From Bryobacteraceae bacterium (GTDB lineage Bacteria > Acidobacteriota > Terriglobia > Bryobacterales > Bryobacteraceae): a stretch of 64,000 nucleotides of DNA. Positions within the stretch are counted from its first letter, which is position 1. Every line of letters begins with the position of its first letter. The notes beneath the pieces are model-generated. The model was given only the letters and a program-made list of their open reading frames with translations. It did no database searches and had not been told where the DNA came from. Location of the stretch: assembly GCA_050789245.1 (NCBI GenBank), contig JBOZRR010000029.1, positions 5,556 to 69,555 on the forward strand, written 5' to 3'. The position numbers were made by a program, and so were the translations under genes. This document shows, piece by piece, positions 19,534-31,624 of the stretch.

Positions 19534-20472
19534 ATGTCTCCGATGCGATGCGCGTTCGTGCTGGCCCTGGCCGGCGTCCTGATGATCTCCGGCTGCAAGC
19601 GCGAGGCCGCCCATGCGCGCGTCGACGCCGCGCTCGCGCCCCTGGTGCCGTCTGACGCCGTCGCCCTCGCCTGCCTGCGCCTCGACAAGCTGAAGGACAC
19701 GCCCTTTTACGCCAAGTACGTCGAGGGCAAGAAGATCCCGCAACTCGAACAATTCGCCGAACAGACCGGTCTCGACGTCCGCAAGGACATCTGGGAACTT
19801 CTCTTCGTCGCCCGGTCCGGCGATCGCAAGCCCATGGTGATGATTCGCGGCAAGTTCGGCGGCCAGTTCGGCCTGGAGCCCGAGTTCGACAAGCCCGGCA
19901 TCCAGAAGATGAACTACAAGGGCTACTACATCATCTACTCGAACGGTCCCGGCGTGATGTTCATGAATACCGGCGCTGCCGTAGCGGGCGAGATCGACGA
20001 TCTGAAATCCGTTATCGATAACCGCGACAAGCCCACCTGGGGGCCTCCGAAGAGTCTGCTCAACGTGGTCGGCACCCTGCCGGGCAGCGCGCAGTTTTGG
20101 TTCGCGACGGAGAAGGGTGGTTCGTTGCTGCCGGAAGTGAGGGAGGACGGGCCGATTGGGAGTTATCTGAAGTTGGCGCAATCCCTGGGCGTGGCCACGA
20201 TGTCTGTCGACCTGCGGCAAGGCATCGACCTCGCCGCCGAAGGCCGCTATCCCGACGAAGCCTCCGCAAAGAAAGTGCAGGAGGCCGTCAAGGGCGTCAT
20301 CGGCATGGCGCGGCTGCAAACGCCGGACTCGCAGGCCGATCTGCTGCGCCTCTACGACGCCATCCGCGTCGGAGGCGAGGACGGCACAGTCCGCGTGACC
20401 GTCAAGACACCCTTCGACCTCGCCGAAAAGCTTATTTCTTTGCTACCGGGATCGCGTCGCCCAGGTTCATAG
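19534..20472 (+). CDS. hypothetical lipoprotein
   Basis: Lipobox LMISGC after a hydrophobic leader. No recognised domain. Confidence 0.6.
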   Translation: MSPMRCAFVLALAGVLMISGCKREAAHARVDAALAPLVPSDAVALACLRLDKLKDTPFYAKYVEGKKIPQLEQFAEQTGLDVRKDIWELLFVARSGDRKPMVMIRGKFGGQFGLEPEFDKPGIQKMNYKGYYIIYSNGPGVMFMNTGAAVAGEIDDLKSVIDNRDKPTWGPPKSLLNVVGTLPGSAQFWFATEKGGSLLPEVREDGPIGSYLKLAQSLGVATMSVDLRQGIDLAAEGRYPDEASAKKVQEAVKGVIGMARLQTPDSQADLLRLYDAIRVGGEDGTVRVTVKTPFDLAEKLISLLPGSRRPGS

Positions 20473-20830
20473 AACCGCCGCCCTCGCTCACGTAGTTGCG
20501 GTTCCACGACGGGATTTCTACGACAATCTCCGCGTCGTTCGACGTGATCACTGCCTGACAGCCCAGCCGCGACCCCAGTTGCAGGTCCGCGGCCATCTCC
20601 ACCCGGTCGGCCTCGTCGTCGTCCATGTCCGTGATCCACTGTTCGCCCTGCTTCACCACGACGTGGCACGTCGTGCAGGCGCAGGAGCCGCCGCAGGCAT
20701 GCTCCAGGTGAATGCCAAAATTCTCTGCAACATCAAGAAACGACCTGGGTTTTCCATGCCCGTCGTAGGGCATCGAGTCCAGGTCGAACTCCACCGTCTG
20801 GCCAGAGGGTTGAAACGTGATCTTCGCCAC
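20432..20830 (-). CDS. fdx: ISC-type [2Fe-2S] ferredoxin (adrenodoxin-like)
   Basis: HACGGSCACTTCHVVV...GCQ cluster ligands. GTG start (VAKITFQP) chosen because the upstream 40 codons of the track ORF overlap the argS start region. Confidence 0.85.
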   Translation of the reverse strand: MAKITFQPSGQTVEFDLDSMPYDGHGKPRSFLDVAENFGIHLEHACGGSCACTTCHVVVKQGEQWITDMDDDEADRVEMAADLQLGSRLGCQAVITSNDAEIVVEIPSWNRNYVSEGGGSMNLGDAIPVAKK

Positions 20831-20870
20831 GACCCCAGTATATCTCAATCTAGGACTAAAGTGGTCCGAT

Positions 20871-22853
20871 ATGGCCCCTGCTACACTGGAATTCGTGTTT
20901 GAGCAGTTAGAATCCCGCCTTTCCGCCGCTCTCGCGGCCCACTTGAAATCCACCTATGGTGTTGATCTCCCTGTAGTTATCGAGCAGCCGAAGCAGTCTT
21001 CGTTCGGAGAAGCGGCGCTGCCCGTGGCCTTCGGCCTAGCCAAGCAGTTGAAGAAGGCTCCGCGCGCCATCGCCGAGGAGATCGCCGCATCGTTCCCACG
21101 AGTGGAAGGCGTCTCGAAGGTCGAGGTCGCCGGCGGCGGGTATCTGAACGTCCGCTTCGACCGCGGCGCCTATGGCCGCTCGCTCGTCGAATCGGCCGGC
21201 GTCGCGCCCGCGTCCGTGCCCGGCAAGGTCATCGTCGAACACACGAACATCAATCCGAACAAAGCCGCCCACATCGGCCACCTGCGCAACTCGGTTCTGG
21301 GCGACACGTTCGTCCGCATGCTGCGCGCCACGGGCCATCCGGTCGAGGTGCAGAACTACATTGACAACACCGGCGTGCAGGTGGCCGACGTCGTCGTCGG
21401 CTTCCACCATCTCGGAAAGAAGTCGCTCGCGGATGTCCGCGCGCTCGCCGCGCTGCCGAAGTTCGATTACTTCTGCTGGGACCTCTACGCCCGCACGTCG
21501 GCCTATTACGGCGAGAACCCCGAGGCCATTCAATGGCGGCGCGATACGCTGCACGCCATCGAGCATGGAGAAGGCGAGATCGCCGAACTCGGCCACCTTG
21601 TAGCTGACGCCATCGTCGAGTGCCACCTCGATACCATGTGGCGGCTCGGCATCGCTTACGATGTGCTGCCGCGCGAGAGCGAGATCCTGCACCTCCAGTT
21701 CTGGGCCACGGCCTTCGAACAGTTGAAGCAGCGCAACGCCATTTACTTCGTCGAAGACGGCAAGAACAAAGGCTGCTGGGTGATGGCCGCGTCGCACTTC
21801 AAGGAGATGCCCGGCGAGGAGGCCGGCGATGACGACGCCAAGGTCATCGTCCGCTCGAACGGCACCGTCACCTACGTCGGCAAGGACATCGCTTACCAGA
21901 TGTGGAAGTTCGGCCTGCTCGGCAAGGACTTCCACTACAAGCCGCTGCGCACCTATCCCGGCGGCCACGTCGCCTGGGTCGCCACCGATGAGCCCTGCGA
22001 TCTGCCCGCGCCCCCCTTCGGCGGCGGCACGCAGGTCTACAACGTCATCGACTCACGTCAGTCGTATCTTCAGGACGTCGTCGTCGCGGGACTGCGCGCG
22101 CTGAGCTATAACGATCAGGCAGATCGCTCCATCCACTTCAGCTACGAGATGGTCGCGCTCTCGCCGCGTACTTGCGTCGAGCTCGGCATCCCGCTCTCCG
22201 AGGAAGACAAGAAGCGGCCGTATGTCGAAGTCTCCGGCCGCAAGGGCCTCGGCGTGAAGGCCGACGATCTCATCGACAAGCTCATCGAGAAGGCCAAACT
22301 CGAAGTCGACTCACGCCACCCCGATAAGGCCGAAAGCGAGCGCCTGGCCACGGCCACGGCCATCGCCATCGGCGCGCTGCGCTACTTCCTACTGAAGTTC
22401 ACGCGTAACACCGTGATTGCGTTCGACTTGCAGGAAGCTCTGAGCTTCGAGGGCGAGACCGGCCCGTACGTGCAGTACGCCGCCGTGCGTGCGCGCAACA
22501 TCTTCCGTAAACTCGTCGAGCGCGGCCTCGAAATTCCCGACTTTTCCTCGACGCTCTCTCGTGAAGCTCTCGAGCGCCAGCTCGAGGCCGAGGACTTCTG
22601 GCAGCTCGTGCTCAACGCCTCGAAGGCCGGAAAAGCGCTCGAGAGCGCGTTGTCGGCCGGCGAGCCCGGCCACGTCGCGAAGTACGCCTTCCAGTTGGCG
22701 CAGTCGTTCAACGCGTTCTATCACGACTACCCGATTCTGGCCGAGGAAAACGCCGAGAAACGCACGTTCCTGCTGTGGCTCGCGGCGTATTTCCGGGCGC
22801 AGCTCGAACGGACGCTCGAGATTCTCGGCATTCCGGCGCCGGAATACATGTAG
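20871..22853 (+). CDS. argS: arginine--tRNA ligase
   Basis: HTNINPNKAAHIGHLRN (HIGH) and the class I architecture with a C-terminal anticodon-binding DALR-like domain. Start set at MAPATLEF. Confidence 0.95.
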   Translation: MAPATLEFVFEQLESRLSAALAAHLKSTYGVDLPVVIEQPKQSSFGEAALPVAFGLAKQLKKAPRAIAEEIAASFPRVEGVSKVEVAGGGYLNVRFDRGAYGRSLVESAGVAPASVPGKVIVEHTNINPNKAAHIGHLRNSVLGDTFVRMLRATGHPVEVQNYIDNTGVQVADVVVGFHHLGKKSLADVRALAALPKFDYFCWDLYARTSAYYGENPEAIQWRRDTLHAIEHGEGEIAELGHLVADAIVECHLDTMWRLGIAYDVLPRESEILHLQFWATAFEQLKQRNAIYFVEDGKNKGCWVMAASHFKEMPGEEAGDDDAKVIVRSNGTVTYVGKDIAYQMWKFGLLGKDFHYKPLRTYPGGHVAWVATDEPCDLPAPPFGGGTQVYNVIDSRQSYLQDVVVAGLRALSYNDQADRSIHFSYEMVALSPRTCVELGIPLSEEDKKRPYVEVSGRKGLGVKADDLIDKLIEKAKLEVDSRHPDKAESERLATATAIAIGALRYFLLKFTRNTVIAFDLQEALSFEGETGPYVQYAAVRARNIFRKLVERGLEIPDFSSTLSREALERQLEAEDFWQLVLNASKAGKALESALSAGEPGHVAKYAFQLAQSFNAFYHDYPILAEENAEKRTFLLWLAAYFRAQLERTLEILGIPAPEYM

Positions 22854-24284
22854 TCTCGCCGGGTTCACGTAGATGAACCACTTCTGGTCGCGATAGACGC
22901 AGGGCCATTCATCCTGTTTCGCGAGCGCCGCGGCCAGGGGCTCGCCCGCGCCTACGAGAATCGCATCGGTCGGATAGGCGTTCACGACGCCGCGCCAGGT
23001 CTCGGCGGGCCGCACGCGGTACATCTCGAAGACTCGCTCCACCCAGCGCATTTCGTACGCCGTCTCGTAGCGGCTGTCCGAGGCCACCTTCACCGCCGGC
23101 CAGAGTTTCCACGTGATGTAGGGCGCCTCGCTGTAAAGCGTCATCAGGTTGCCTTCGAAGTGTTGTTCGCGCATGTACTCGACGGCGCCCACCGGAAAGT
23201 GGCTCAAGCTCAGGCGCCACGGCTCGTTCTTCGCGGCGGCCCATAGTGTGAAGGGGATCAGCGCGAGGCACGCCCAGCCGGCCATGCGAGGCTGTTCCAT
23301 CACAGCAACGCTCACCTGGCGCCCCAGCCATGTGCGCCCGAGCTGCGACGACACGTACACCAGCCACGCCAGCGCGTAGAACGGCAGAAGCTTCATCACG
23401 CGCATCGAACCGAGCGCGAGCCCCAGCACGATCAGCGCGCCGTCCATCCGCCGCCAGCCACGCTTTTGGGCCGTGTAGACGAAGACGCCGAGCGTCGCCC
23501 AGAACATCACGGCGCGGAACGGATCCACATCGATCATCCAGCGCGGACTCCACTCGGTGATGATGGGCCGCTGTACCGTCAACGCGTGGATCAGGAACCG
23601 GTAGAACTGCGTTCCGTACGGATTCACGGCGATCAGCGCAGCCATCGCCGCCAGCACAGCCGGGATGTGCAGCCAGGGCTGCTTCTTCCATATGCGCTCG
23701 GCCGCATAGCCAACGAGCACCGCGAAGGCCACGGAGACGCCGCCATGAAGGTTGACCCATGCGACGTACAGCGGCAGCCAGGCGGCAATCCACCAACGGC
23801 CGCCGTGCGCATCGAGACGCAGAAACCATAGCAGCGCCAGCGTCAGAAGCACCGAATACGTCTGTGCAGTGACGGGCACCATCGTGTACGTCGCCATGTA
23901 AGCGCACAACGCGACGGCGGCCCACAGAACCGGAGCGCGAACACGTCCATTGCGCAGCATCGCGGCCACGCCGGCAGCCAGCAGGAAGGCCAGTAGCCAA
24001 TGCAGCAGCAGAATTCCCTGATCCCCGCCGAGTTCATAGGCCTGGAGGCCGATCCACCCGGCGCCCCATTCGTGCTGGATGGCTGGGACGGCCTTCGCCG
24101 TGTAGCTGAAAAGCTCCTCTGTTGGAATCCGGCCCAGCTTTGCGGCCTCGCGCATCAGCGCCATCTGGTGGATCAGATCGGGATGAAGCGCCGTTCGCGA
24201 AACCAGCAACAGGTAAACCGCGCAGAGCAGGCTCACAACGGCCCACGCACAGAAGCGACGGGCGCCGCGGCGGTCTTTGCTCAA
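22389..24284 (-). CDS. polytopic membrane protein, paralogue B (GT-C-like?, family unassigned); the last ~155 codons are antisense to argS and doubtful
   Basis: Homologous along its length to 24281..25834 (HQMALMREA, HEWGAG, VNLHGG, EWSP, C-terminal soluble domain). TTG start at 24284 overlaps the upstream stop (TTGA). No in-frame stop until 22389. Confidence 0.65.
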   Translation of the reverse strand: MSKDRRGARRFCAWAVVSLLCAVYLLLVSRTALHPDLIHQMALMREAAKLGRIPTEELFSYTAKAVPAIQHEWGAGWIGLQAYELGGDQGILLLHWLLAFLLAAGVAAMLRNGRVRAPVLWAAVALCAYMATYTMVPVTAQTYSVLLTLALLWFLRLDAHGGRWWIAAWLPLYVAWVNLHGGVSVAFAVLVGYAAERIWKKQPWLHIPAVLAAMAALIAVNPYGTQFYRFLIHALTVQRPIITEWSPRWMIDVDPFRAVMFWATLGVFVYTAQKRGWRRMDGALIVLGLALGSMRVMKLLPFYALAWLVYVSSQLGRTWLGRQVSVAVMEQPRMAGWACLALIPFTLWAAAKNEPWRLSLSHFPVGAVEYMREQHFEGNLMTLYSEAPYITWKLWPAVKVASDSRYETAYEMRWVERVFEMYRVRPAETWRGVVNAYPTDAILVGAGEPLAAALAKQDEWPCVYRDQKWFIYVNPARLHVFRRRNAENLERPFELRPEIRREPQQERAFLGVFLGQNRVVVIERVERLRQLEGVLRDVAGLAGRQRALERFSGLRGVEHELPEVLGLELALESFTRERRGKVGNFEAALDEFTEDVARTHGGVLHVRAGLALEAQSFLQVERNHGVTRELQ

Positions 24285-25834
24285 GGAATGACGCCCTCGA
24301 ACTTCTGGCTCGACCAGTCGACGGCGGGCAGTTCGAGCCCAGGCCGCGCGTAGAGGCGCCAGTTCCTGTCGGTGTAGATGCGACGCCACTCGTGTTGCTT
24401 GTCCATCACCCGGCTCAACTCCTGGAGGTTGGTGACCAGGATCAGGTCTGTCGGGTACTCGTTGACGATCTCGCGCCACAGGCGGCCGGATTTGTCGCTG
24501 TAGGCATCCTGCGCCTTCTTGCCCCACGTGGTGTCGTAGGCGGCCTCCCAGCGGCTGTCCAGACTCACCTTCACGCTGGGATAGAGCTTCCAGGACACAT
24601 AGGAGCCGCTGCCGAAGTCCGTCATCACTTTCCCGTTGAATCCCCGGGCTTTCAGGAAGTTCACGGGGCCAACCGGGTAGCCCGCGTAGGTGTCGCCATT
24701 GCCGATCACTTTCAGCTTCCACGGAGTCCTGATAACGGCGATATATAGCAGCAATGCCAGAGCGAGCAGCGATACGGCGCCGATCGGCTGAATGTTGCGC
24801 AGCGTCAGCCTCCCGATCCGGCGTCCGAATGGCGTTCGGCCCAACGCGGCGGGAACGATCATCAACCACGCAAGGCCGTAAAACTGCGCGATGCGCATCA
24901 TCCGGAACGATACAAGCCCGAGCAGCAGCACAATCAGCCCGCCGGGCACGTTGCGGAACCCGCGCGACCTGAACGTGTAGAGCAGGAGACCGAAGGTCAC
25001 CAGGAACAGCACCGCGCGCAGCCGCTCGATCTCAAACAACCAGTACGGGCTCCACTCGGCCAGCACCGCGCGTTTATCGCGCACGGCCGTGTGCAGGAAG
25101 TTCAGGAACTCCGTTCCGTACGGGTTCACTAACAGCAAGCCGGCCATCGCTACGCCGGTGATCGGCAGGTGCCACCAGGTCTCGCGGCGAAGCATGCGTT
25201 CCAGCGTGTGTACGCCGAGGATTCCGAAGCTGACGAGCAGCCCCCCATGCAAGTTGACCCAGGGGATGAACAGCAAAAGCCACGGCGCGATCCACCACTG
25301 TCGGCCCTCGCGGTCGAGCGCGAGGAAGTGGAGCAGGATCACGCAGAAGAACACAGAGTACGTCTGGGCGATCTGCGTGTGCATCGAATAGGCGATCAAA
25401 TGGGAGGTGAGCAGCACACCCGCCCACACCCACGGCGCGCGGGCTCCGGTTCTTTTCAGATACAGCAAGATGCCGGCGGCGATTGCGCCGACCAGCAGGA
25501 AGTGGAAGACCACGAACGCCTTGCCGCCTCCGGCAGTGGCCAGAGTGATCGCAATAAGCCCCGCGCCCCATTCATGGTGAATCGATGGGGATACCCGGTT
25601 GGTGTACGCGAATAGCTCCTCCGTGGGGACGTAGCCCAATCGGAACGCCTCACGCATCAAAGCCATCTGATGCCACACATCGACATGGATGCCCGTCGCC
25701 GCCACGCACACCAACGGCAGCGCGGCCACGGCCGCAATCAGCAGATATTTTGAGGCCGCACGAACGACGCGCCGCTGGCGGAGGCGTTCTCCGGCAGCGG
25801 CGCGTGTAGCAGAAATGGCGGAGGACTCCGTCAC
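24281..25834 (-). CDS. polytopic membrane protein, paralogue A (GT-C-like?, family unassigned)
   Basis: At least 10 hydrophobic helices plus a C-terminal soluble domain (GKVMTDFGSGSYVSWKLYPSVKVSLDSRWEAAY). GTG at 25834 overlaps the stop of the upstream oxidoreductase (GTGA); the track start is 25915. Confidence 0.7.
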   Translation of the reverse strand: MTESSAISATRAAAGERLRQRRVVRAASKYLLIAAVAALPLVCVAATGIHVDVWHQMALMREAFRLGYVPTEELFAYTNRVSPSIHHEWGAGLIAITLATAGGGKAFVVFHFLLVGAIAAGILLYLKRTGARAPWVWAGVLLTSHLIAYSMHTQIAQTYSVFFCVILLHFLALDREGRQWWIAPWLLLFIPWVNLHGGLLVSFGILGVHTLERMLRRETWWHLPITGVAMAGLLLVNPYGTEFLNFLHTAVRDKRAVLAEWSPYWLFEIERLRAVLFLVTFGLLLYTFRSRGFRNVPGGLIVLLLGLVSFRMMRIAQFYGLAWLMIVPAALGRTPFGRRIGRLTLRNIQPIGAVSLLALALLLYIAVIRTPWKLKVIGNGDTYAGYPVGPVNFLKARGFNGKVMTDFGSGSYVSWKLYPSVKVSLDSRWEAAYDTTWGKKAQDAYSDKSGRLWREIVNEYPTDLILVTNLQELSRVMDKQHEWRRIYTDRNWRLYARPGLELPAVDWSSQKFEGVIP

Positions 25835-27132
25835 ACCTTGTCCGGCACGGCGTACGGCTTGCGGTAGTCGCGCGTGAGCAGCTTCGAGGCTTCCGAGTCG
25901 CCCTTGATCGCCCACGTCGCCGGATCGAAGCTGAGCGCGCGGCCGACGCGGTAGCTGATATTCGCCAAGTGAACCAATGCCACCGATTTCACGCCGATTT
26001 CAACGTCGGCGGTCAAGTCCGTGTGCTTGCGGCTCTTCACGCCCGCCAGGAAGTTCTCCATGTGCTCCTGCGTGTCGGAGCGCGTGGCCTTCTCCTGCAT
26101 GGCGACTTCGCGGCTCTCGCCCTTGTAAATGGTGAAGCCCCCGCCGTCGAGCACCATCCAGCCGTCGCCGCCGTAGAACAGGTTGCCCACGGTATTGCCG
26201 CCGCGCGGCTCCATGCCGGATTCACCGCCGGTGATGATGCCTCTCACCTCGAAGACAATCTCCTTGTCGCCGTAGTTGAACGTGGCAATCTGGGTGTTCG
26301 GCGTCTCCTGGTCGTCCACGTAGACGTACTTGCCGCCGGTGGAAACGGCGCTCGTCGGCAGATCGACGCCAAGGCCCCAGCGGGCGATGTCCATCTCGTG
26401 AATGCCCTGGTTGCCGATGTCGCCGTTGCCGGTATCCCAGAACCAGTGCCAGTTATAGCGGAAGCGGTTCTTCGTAAAGGGCCGCATGGGCGCGGGCCCC
26501 AGGAACATGTCCCAATTGATGCCGGCGGGCACCGGCTCCGCGGGCGTCACGCCGATCGACTTCCGGCGCTTGTAGCACAGACCCTTGGCCATGTAGACCT
26601 TGCCGATCGCTCCTTCGTTCAAAAGCTGCACGGCCTTCTGCATGTGCGGCTTCGAGCGGCTCTGTGAACCGATCTGCACCATCCGCTTGTACTTGCGCGC
26701 CGCTTCCACCAGCTTGCGGCCTTCCCAGACGTTGTGGCTGGCCGGCTTCTCGAGATAGACGTCCTTGCCGGCCTGCACCGCCCAGATGGCGCCCAGCGCA
26801 TGCCAGTGGTTCGGAGTGGCCATGGACACCGCGTCGATGTCCTTGTCCTCGAACATCTTCCGCATGTCGTCGTACTCTTTGGCCTTCGTGCCGCGCAGCT
26901 TCTGGATCAGCGCCACGCCGCGCTCGCGTGCGGCCTGGTTCACGTCGCAGAGCCCGGCCACCTCGCATGTTTCGATTCGGGCGAGGGTGGTCATGTGATT
27001 ATTGCCGCGCCCGCCCAGGCCGATCACGCCCATGCGCACGCGGTCATTCGCGCCCAGAATCGGCCGGGCCGCGGTGGCGATGGCCGCCGCTCCGGCTCCA
27101 TGCATAAAACTACGTCTGCTCAGGATCTCCAT
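25831..27132 (-). CDS. Gfo/Idh/MocA-family oxidoreductase with Tat signal
   Basis: MEILSRRSFMHGAGAAAIA leader, Rossmann MGVIGLGGRGNNH, EKP motif. Confidence 0.9.
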   Translation of the reverse strand: MEILSRRSFMHGAGAAAIATAARPILGANDRVRMGVIGLGGRGNNHMTTLARIETCEVAGLCDVNQAARERGVALIQKLRGTKAKEYDDMRKMFEDKDIDAVSMATPNHWHALGAIWAVQAGKDVYLEKPASHNVWEGRKLVEAARKYKRMVQIGSQSRSKPHMQKAVQLLNEGAIGKVYMAKGLCYKRRKSIGVTPAEPVPAGINWDMFLGPAPMRPFTKNRFRYNWHWFWDTGNGDIGNQGIHEMDIARWGLGVDLPTSAVSTGGKYVYVDDQETPNTQIATFNYGDKEIVFEVRGIITGGESGMEPRGGNTVGNLFYGGDGWMVLDGGGFTIYKGESREVAMQEKATRSDTQEHMENFLAGVKSRKHTDLTADVEIGVKSVALVHLANISYRVGRALSFDPATWAIKGDSEASKLLTRDYRKPYAVPDKV

Positions 27133-27185
27133 AGCCGTTCATCATATACCCCAACGGGGCTACAATCGGGGGACCAGGAGGCGCT

Positions 27186-28196
27186 ATGCAAAACCATCCG
27201 ACTCGTTCTTCGCGCCGCGGCTTTCTGAAAGGCGCGCTCGCGTCGCCGCTGGCCGCGCAGGTGGTTGCCCAGACGCAATCTTCGGCCAATGGCATCCCCA
27301 CGCGGCCGCTGGGGCGGACCGGAGTGCAGGTCTCCATACTCGGCATCGGCGGCTCTCACGCCAGCCGCCTCCGTGAGGAGGCCGATGCCTCGCGCTTCTT
27401 CCACACCGCCGTCGACAACGGCATCACGTTCATGGACAACGCCTGGGAGTACGCCGGCGGTCGCGCCGAGGAGATCATGGGCCGCGCGCTGGCCGAAGAC
27501 GGCCTCCGCAAGAAGTGCTTCCTGATGACGAAAGTCTGCGAGCGCGACTACTCCGGCGCCATGACGCAGCTCGAAGATTCTCTGAAGAAGCTCCGCACCG
27601 ATTACCTCGACCTCTGGCAGTTCCACGAGTGCAACTACCACAACGATCCTGAATACCTGATGGAAAAGGGCGGCCTCCGCGCCGCCATGGAGGCCAAGCG
27701 CCAGGGCAAGGTCCGCTTCATCGGCTTCACGGGCCACAAGCATCCCGACATCCACAACAAAATGCTCCGCCTGGATTTTGCCTGGGACGCCTGCCAGATG
27801 CCGAATAACGTCATGGATTCCGGCTTTGAGTCTTTCCGCCAGCAGACCATGCCCTTTTGCCTGGAACGCGGCGTCGGCATTGTCGGCATGAAGGGCTGCG
27901 GCGGCGACGGCCGCATGGTCCGCGACGGCCATGTCACCCTGGAGCAGGCCTACCGCTACTTCCTCTCGCAGCCCGTCTCGGTCCAGGTGGTCGGCCTGTC
28001 AAACCTCGAGGAGTTGAACACCGCCATCCGCTTCGGCCGCGAGTTCAAGCCCCTGACCGACGCCGAAATGCGCGAGATCTCGCAGCGCATCCGTCCCGTG
28101 ATGACCGACGGCCGTTACGAGCTCTTCAAAAGCAGCAAGCGATACGACTCCGGGTTCCACCGCAAACAGCACGGCTTCGACACCCAGGGCGTCTGA
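27186..28196 (+). CDS. aldo/keto reductase with Tat-like signal
   Basis: SSRRGFLKGALASPLAAQ leader. AKR blocks GITFMDNAWEY, DYLDLWQFHE, GFTGH. Confidence 0.85.
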   Translation: MQNHPTRSSRRGFLKGALASPLAAQVVAQTQSSANGIPTRPLGRTGVQVSILGIGGSHASRLREEADASRFFHTAVDNGITFMDNAWEYAGGRAEEIMGRALAEDGLRKKCFLMTKVCERDYSGAMTQLEDSLKKLRTDYLDLWQFHECNYHNDPEYLMEKGGLRAAMEAKRQGKVRFIGFTGHKHPDIHNKMLRLDFAWDACQMPNNVMDSGFESFRQQTMPFCLERGVGIVGMKGCGGDGRMVRDGHVTLEQAYRYFLSQPVSVQVVGLSNLEELNTAIRFGREFKPLTDAEMREISQRIRPVMTDGRYELFKSSKRYDSGFHRKQHGFDTQGV

Positions 28197-28261
28197 ACGC
28201 CTTTGTCCGGGAACATCCCTGATCCTGCCGGCGTCTACTCCGGCGGAGAAGGAGGCCGGAG

Positions 28262-28906
28262 ATGTTCCTCCGATTCGCCCGCTGGCTGGTGTCGGTGGCG
28301 CTCGCCGCAACGTTCCTGTACCTCGGCTCGCTTTACTGGCAGCACAACCAGCCGTTTGTCTCCATCAGGACCTCCCGTCCCGAAGCGGGCGTGCCGAAGG
28401 AACTGTCTGGGACGTCTCTCCAGATTCTTCACTTTTATGCCGCTCCGGCCTCCATCAACACTGAAGAGGAAGCGACGATTTGTTACGGCGTTCTGAACGC
28501 CGCCCGTGTTGAAATCGACCCGCCGGTCCAATCGCTGAAGCCCTCCGTGAACCGCTGCATCTCCGTGGCTCCGAAGCGGCCGACCCTATATACGCTGACC
28601 GCTGTGAGCGCCGAGGGTGCCGTCACTTCGGCATCGTTTACGCTGCCCGTGGTGGCGCCCCCGGCGCGCTGGCTCTTTGCCGATACCAGCTCCCGCGAGA
28701 TCCGCCGTGGCGATCCCTTCACGGTCTGCTACGGCGTCCGCAATGCTTCGCGCGTCGAACTGAAGCCCGTCGCCCCCGCGCTGCCGCCCATCCCACGCCA
28801 CTGCTACCGCTTCTATCCGCCCGCCAGTGTGAATCTCACCCTGACCGCCGACGGCCCCGGCGGCCCCGCCGAGCCCCTGCCCTTCGCCGTAAACGTCAGG
28901 CGCTAA
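28262..28906 (+). CDS. hypothetical membrane-anchored protein with two internal repeats
   Basis: N-terminal TM helix. Repeat 1 has ..[23 protein letters not shown]; repeat 2 has ..[22 protein letters not shown]. Confidence 0.6.
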   Translation: MFLRFARWLVSVALAATFLYLGSLYWQHNQPFVSIRTSRPEAGVPKELSGTSLQILHFYAAPASINTEEEATICYGVLNAARVEIDPPVQSLKPSVNRCISVAPKRPTLYTLTAVSAEGAVTSASFTLPVVAPPARWLFADTSSREIRRGDPFTVCYGVRNASRVELKPVAPALPPIPRHCYRFYPPASVNLTLTADGPGGPAEPLPFAVNVRR

Positions 28907-28922
28907 AATAGAAGTTCCACCC

Positions 28923-31574
<2,652 letters not shown>

Positions 31575-31594
31575 AACGGCTCAAATATCAACCA

Positions 31595-31620
31595 CAAGAG
31601 GCGCCTTCGGGCGCCTCTTG
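31595..31620. terminator. strong GC hairpin between convergent acnA and the 103-codon gene (bidirectional terminator candidate)
   Basis: CAAGAGGCGCC-TTCG-GGCGCCTCTTG is a perfect 11-bp stem. The flanking U-tracts are weak on both strands. Confidence 0.6.
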
Positions 31621-31624
31621 GCGT

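Noticed and set aside
20640-20660. TGGCAC-N5-GCAGG resembling a sigma-54 -24/-12 element
   Set aside because: It lies inside the fdx coding sequence on the non-template orientation for any nearby gene, and the -12 element is imperfect.
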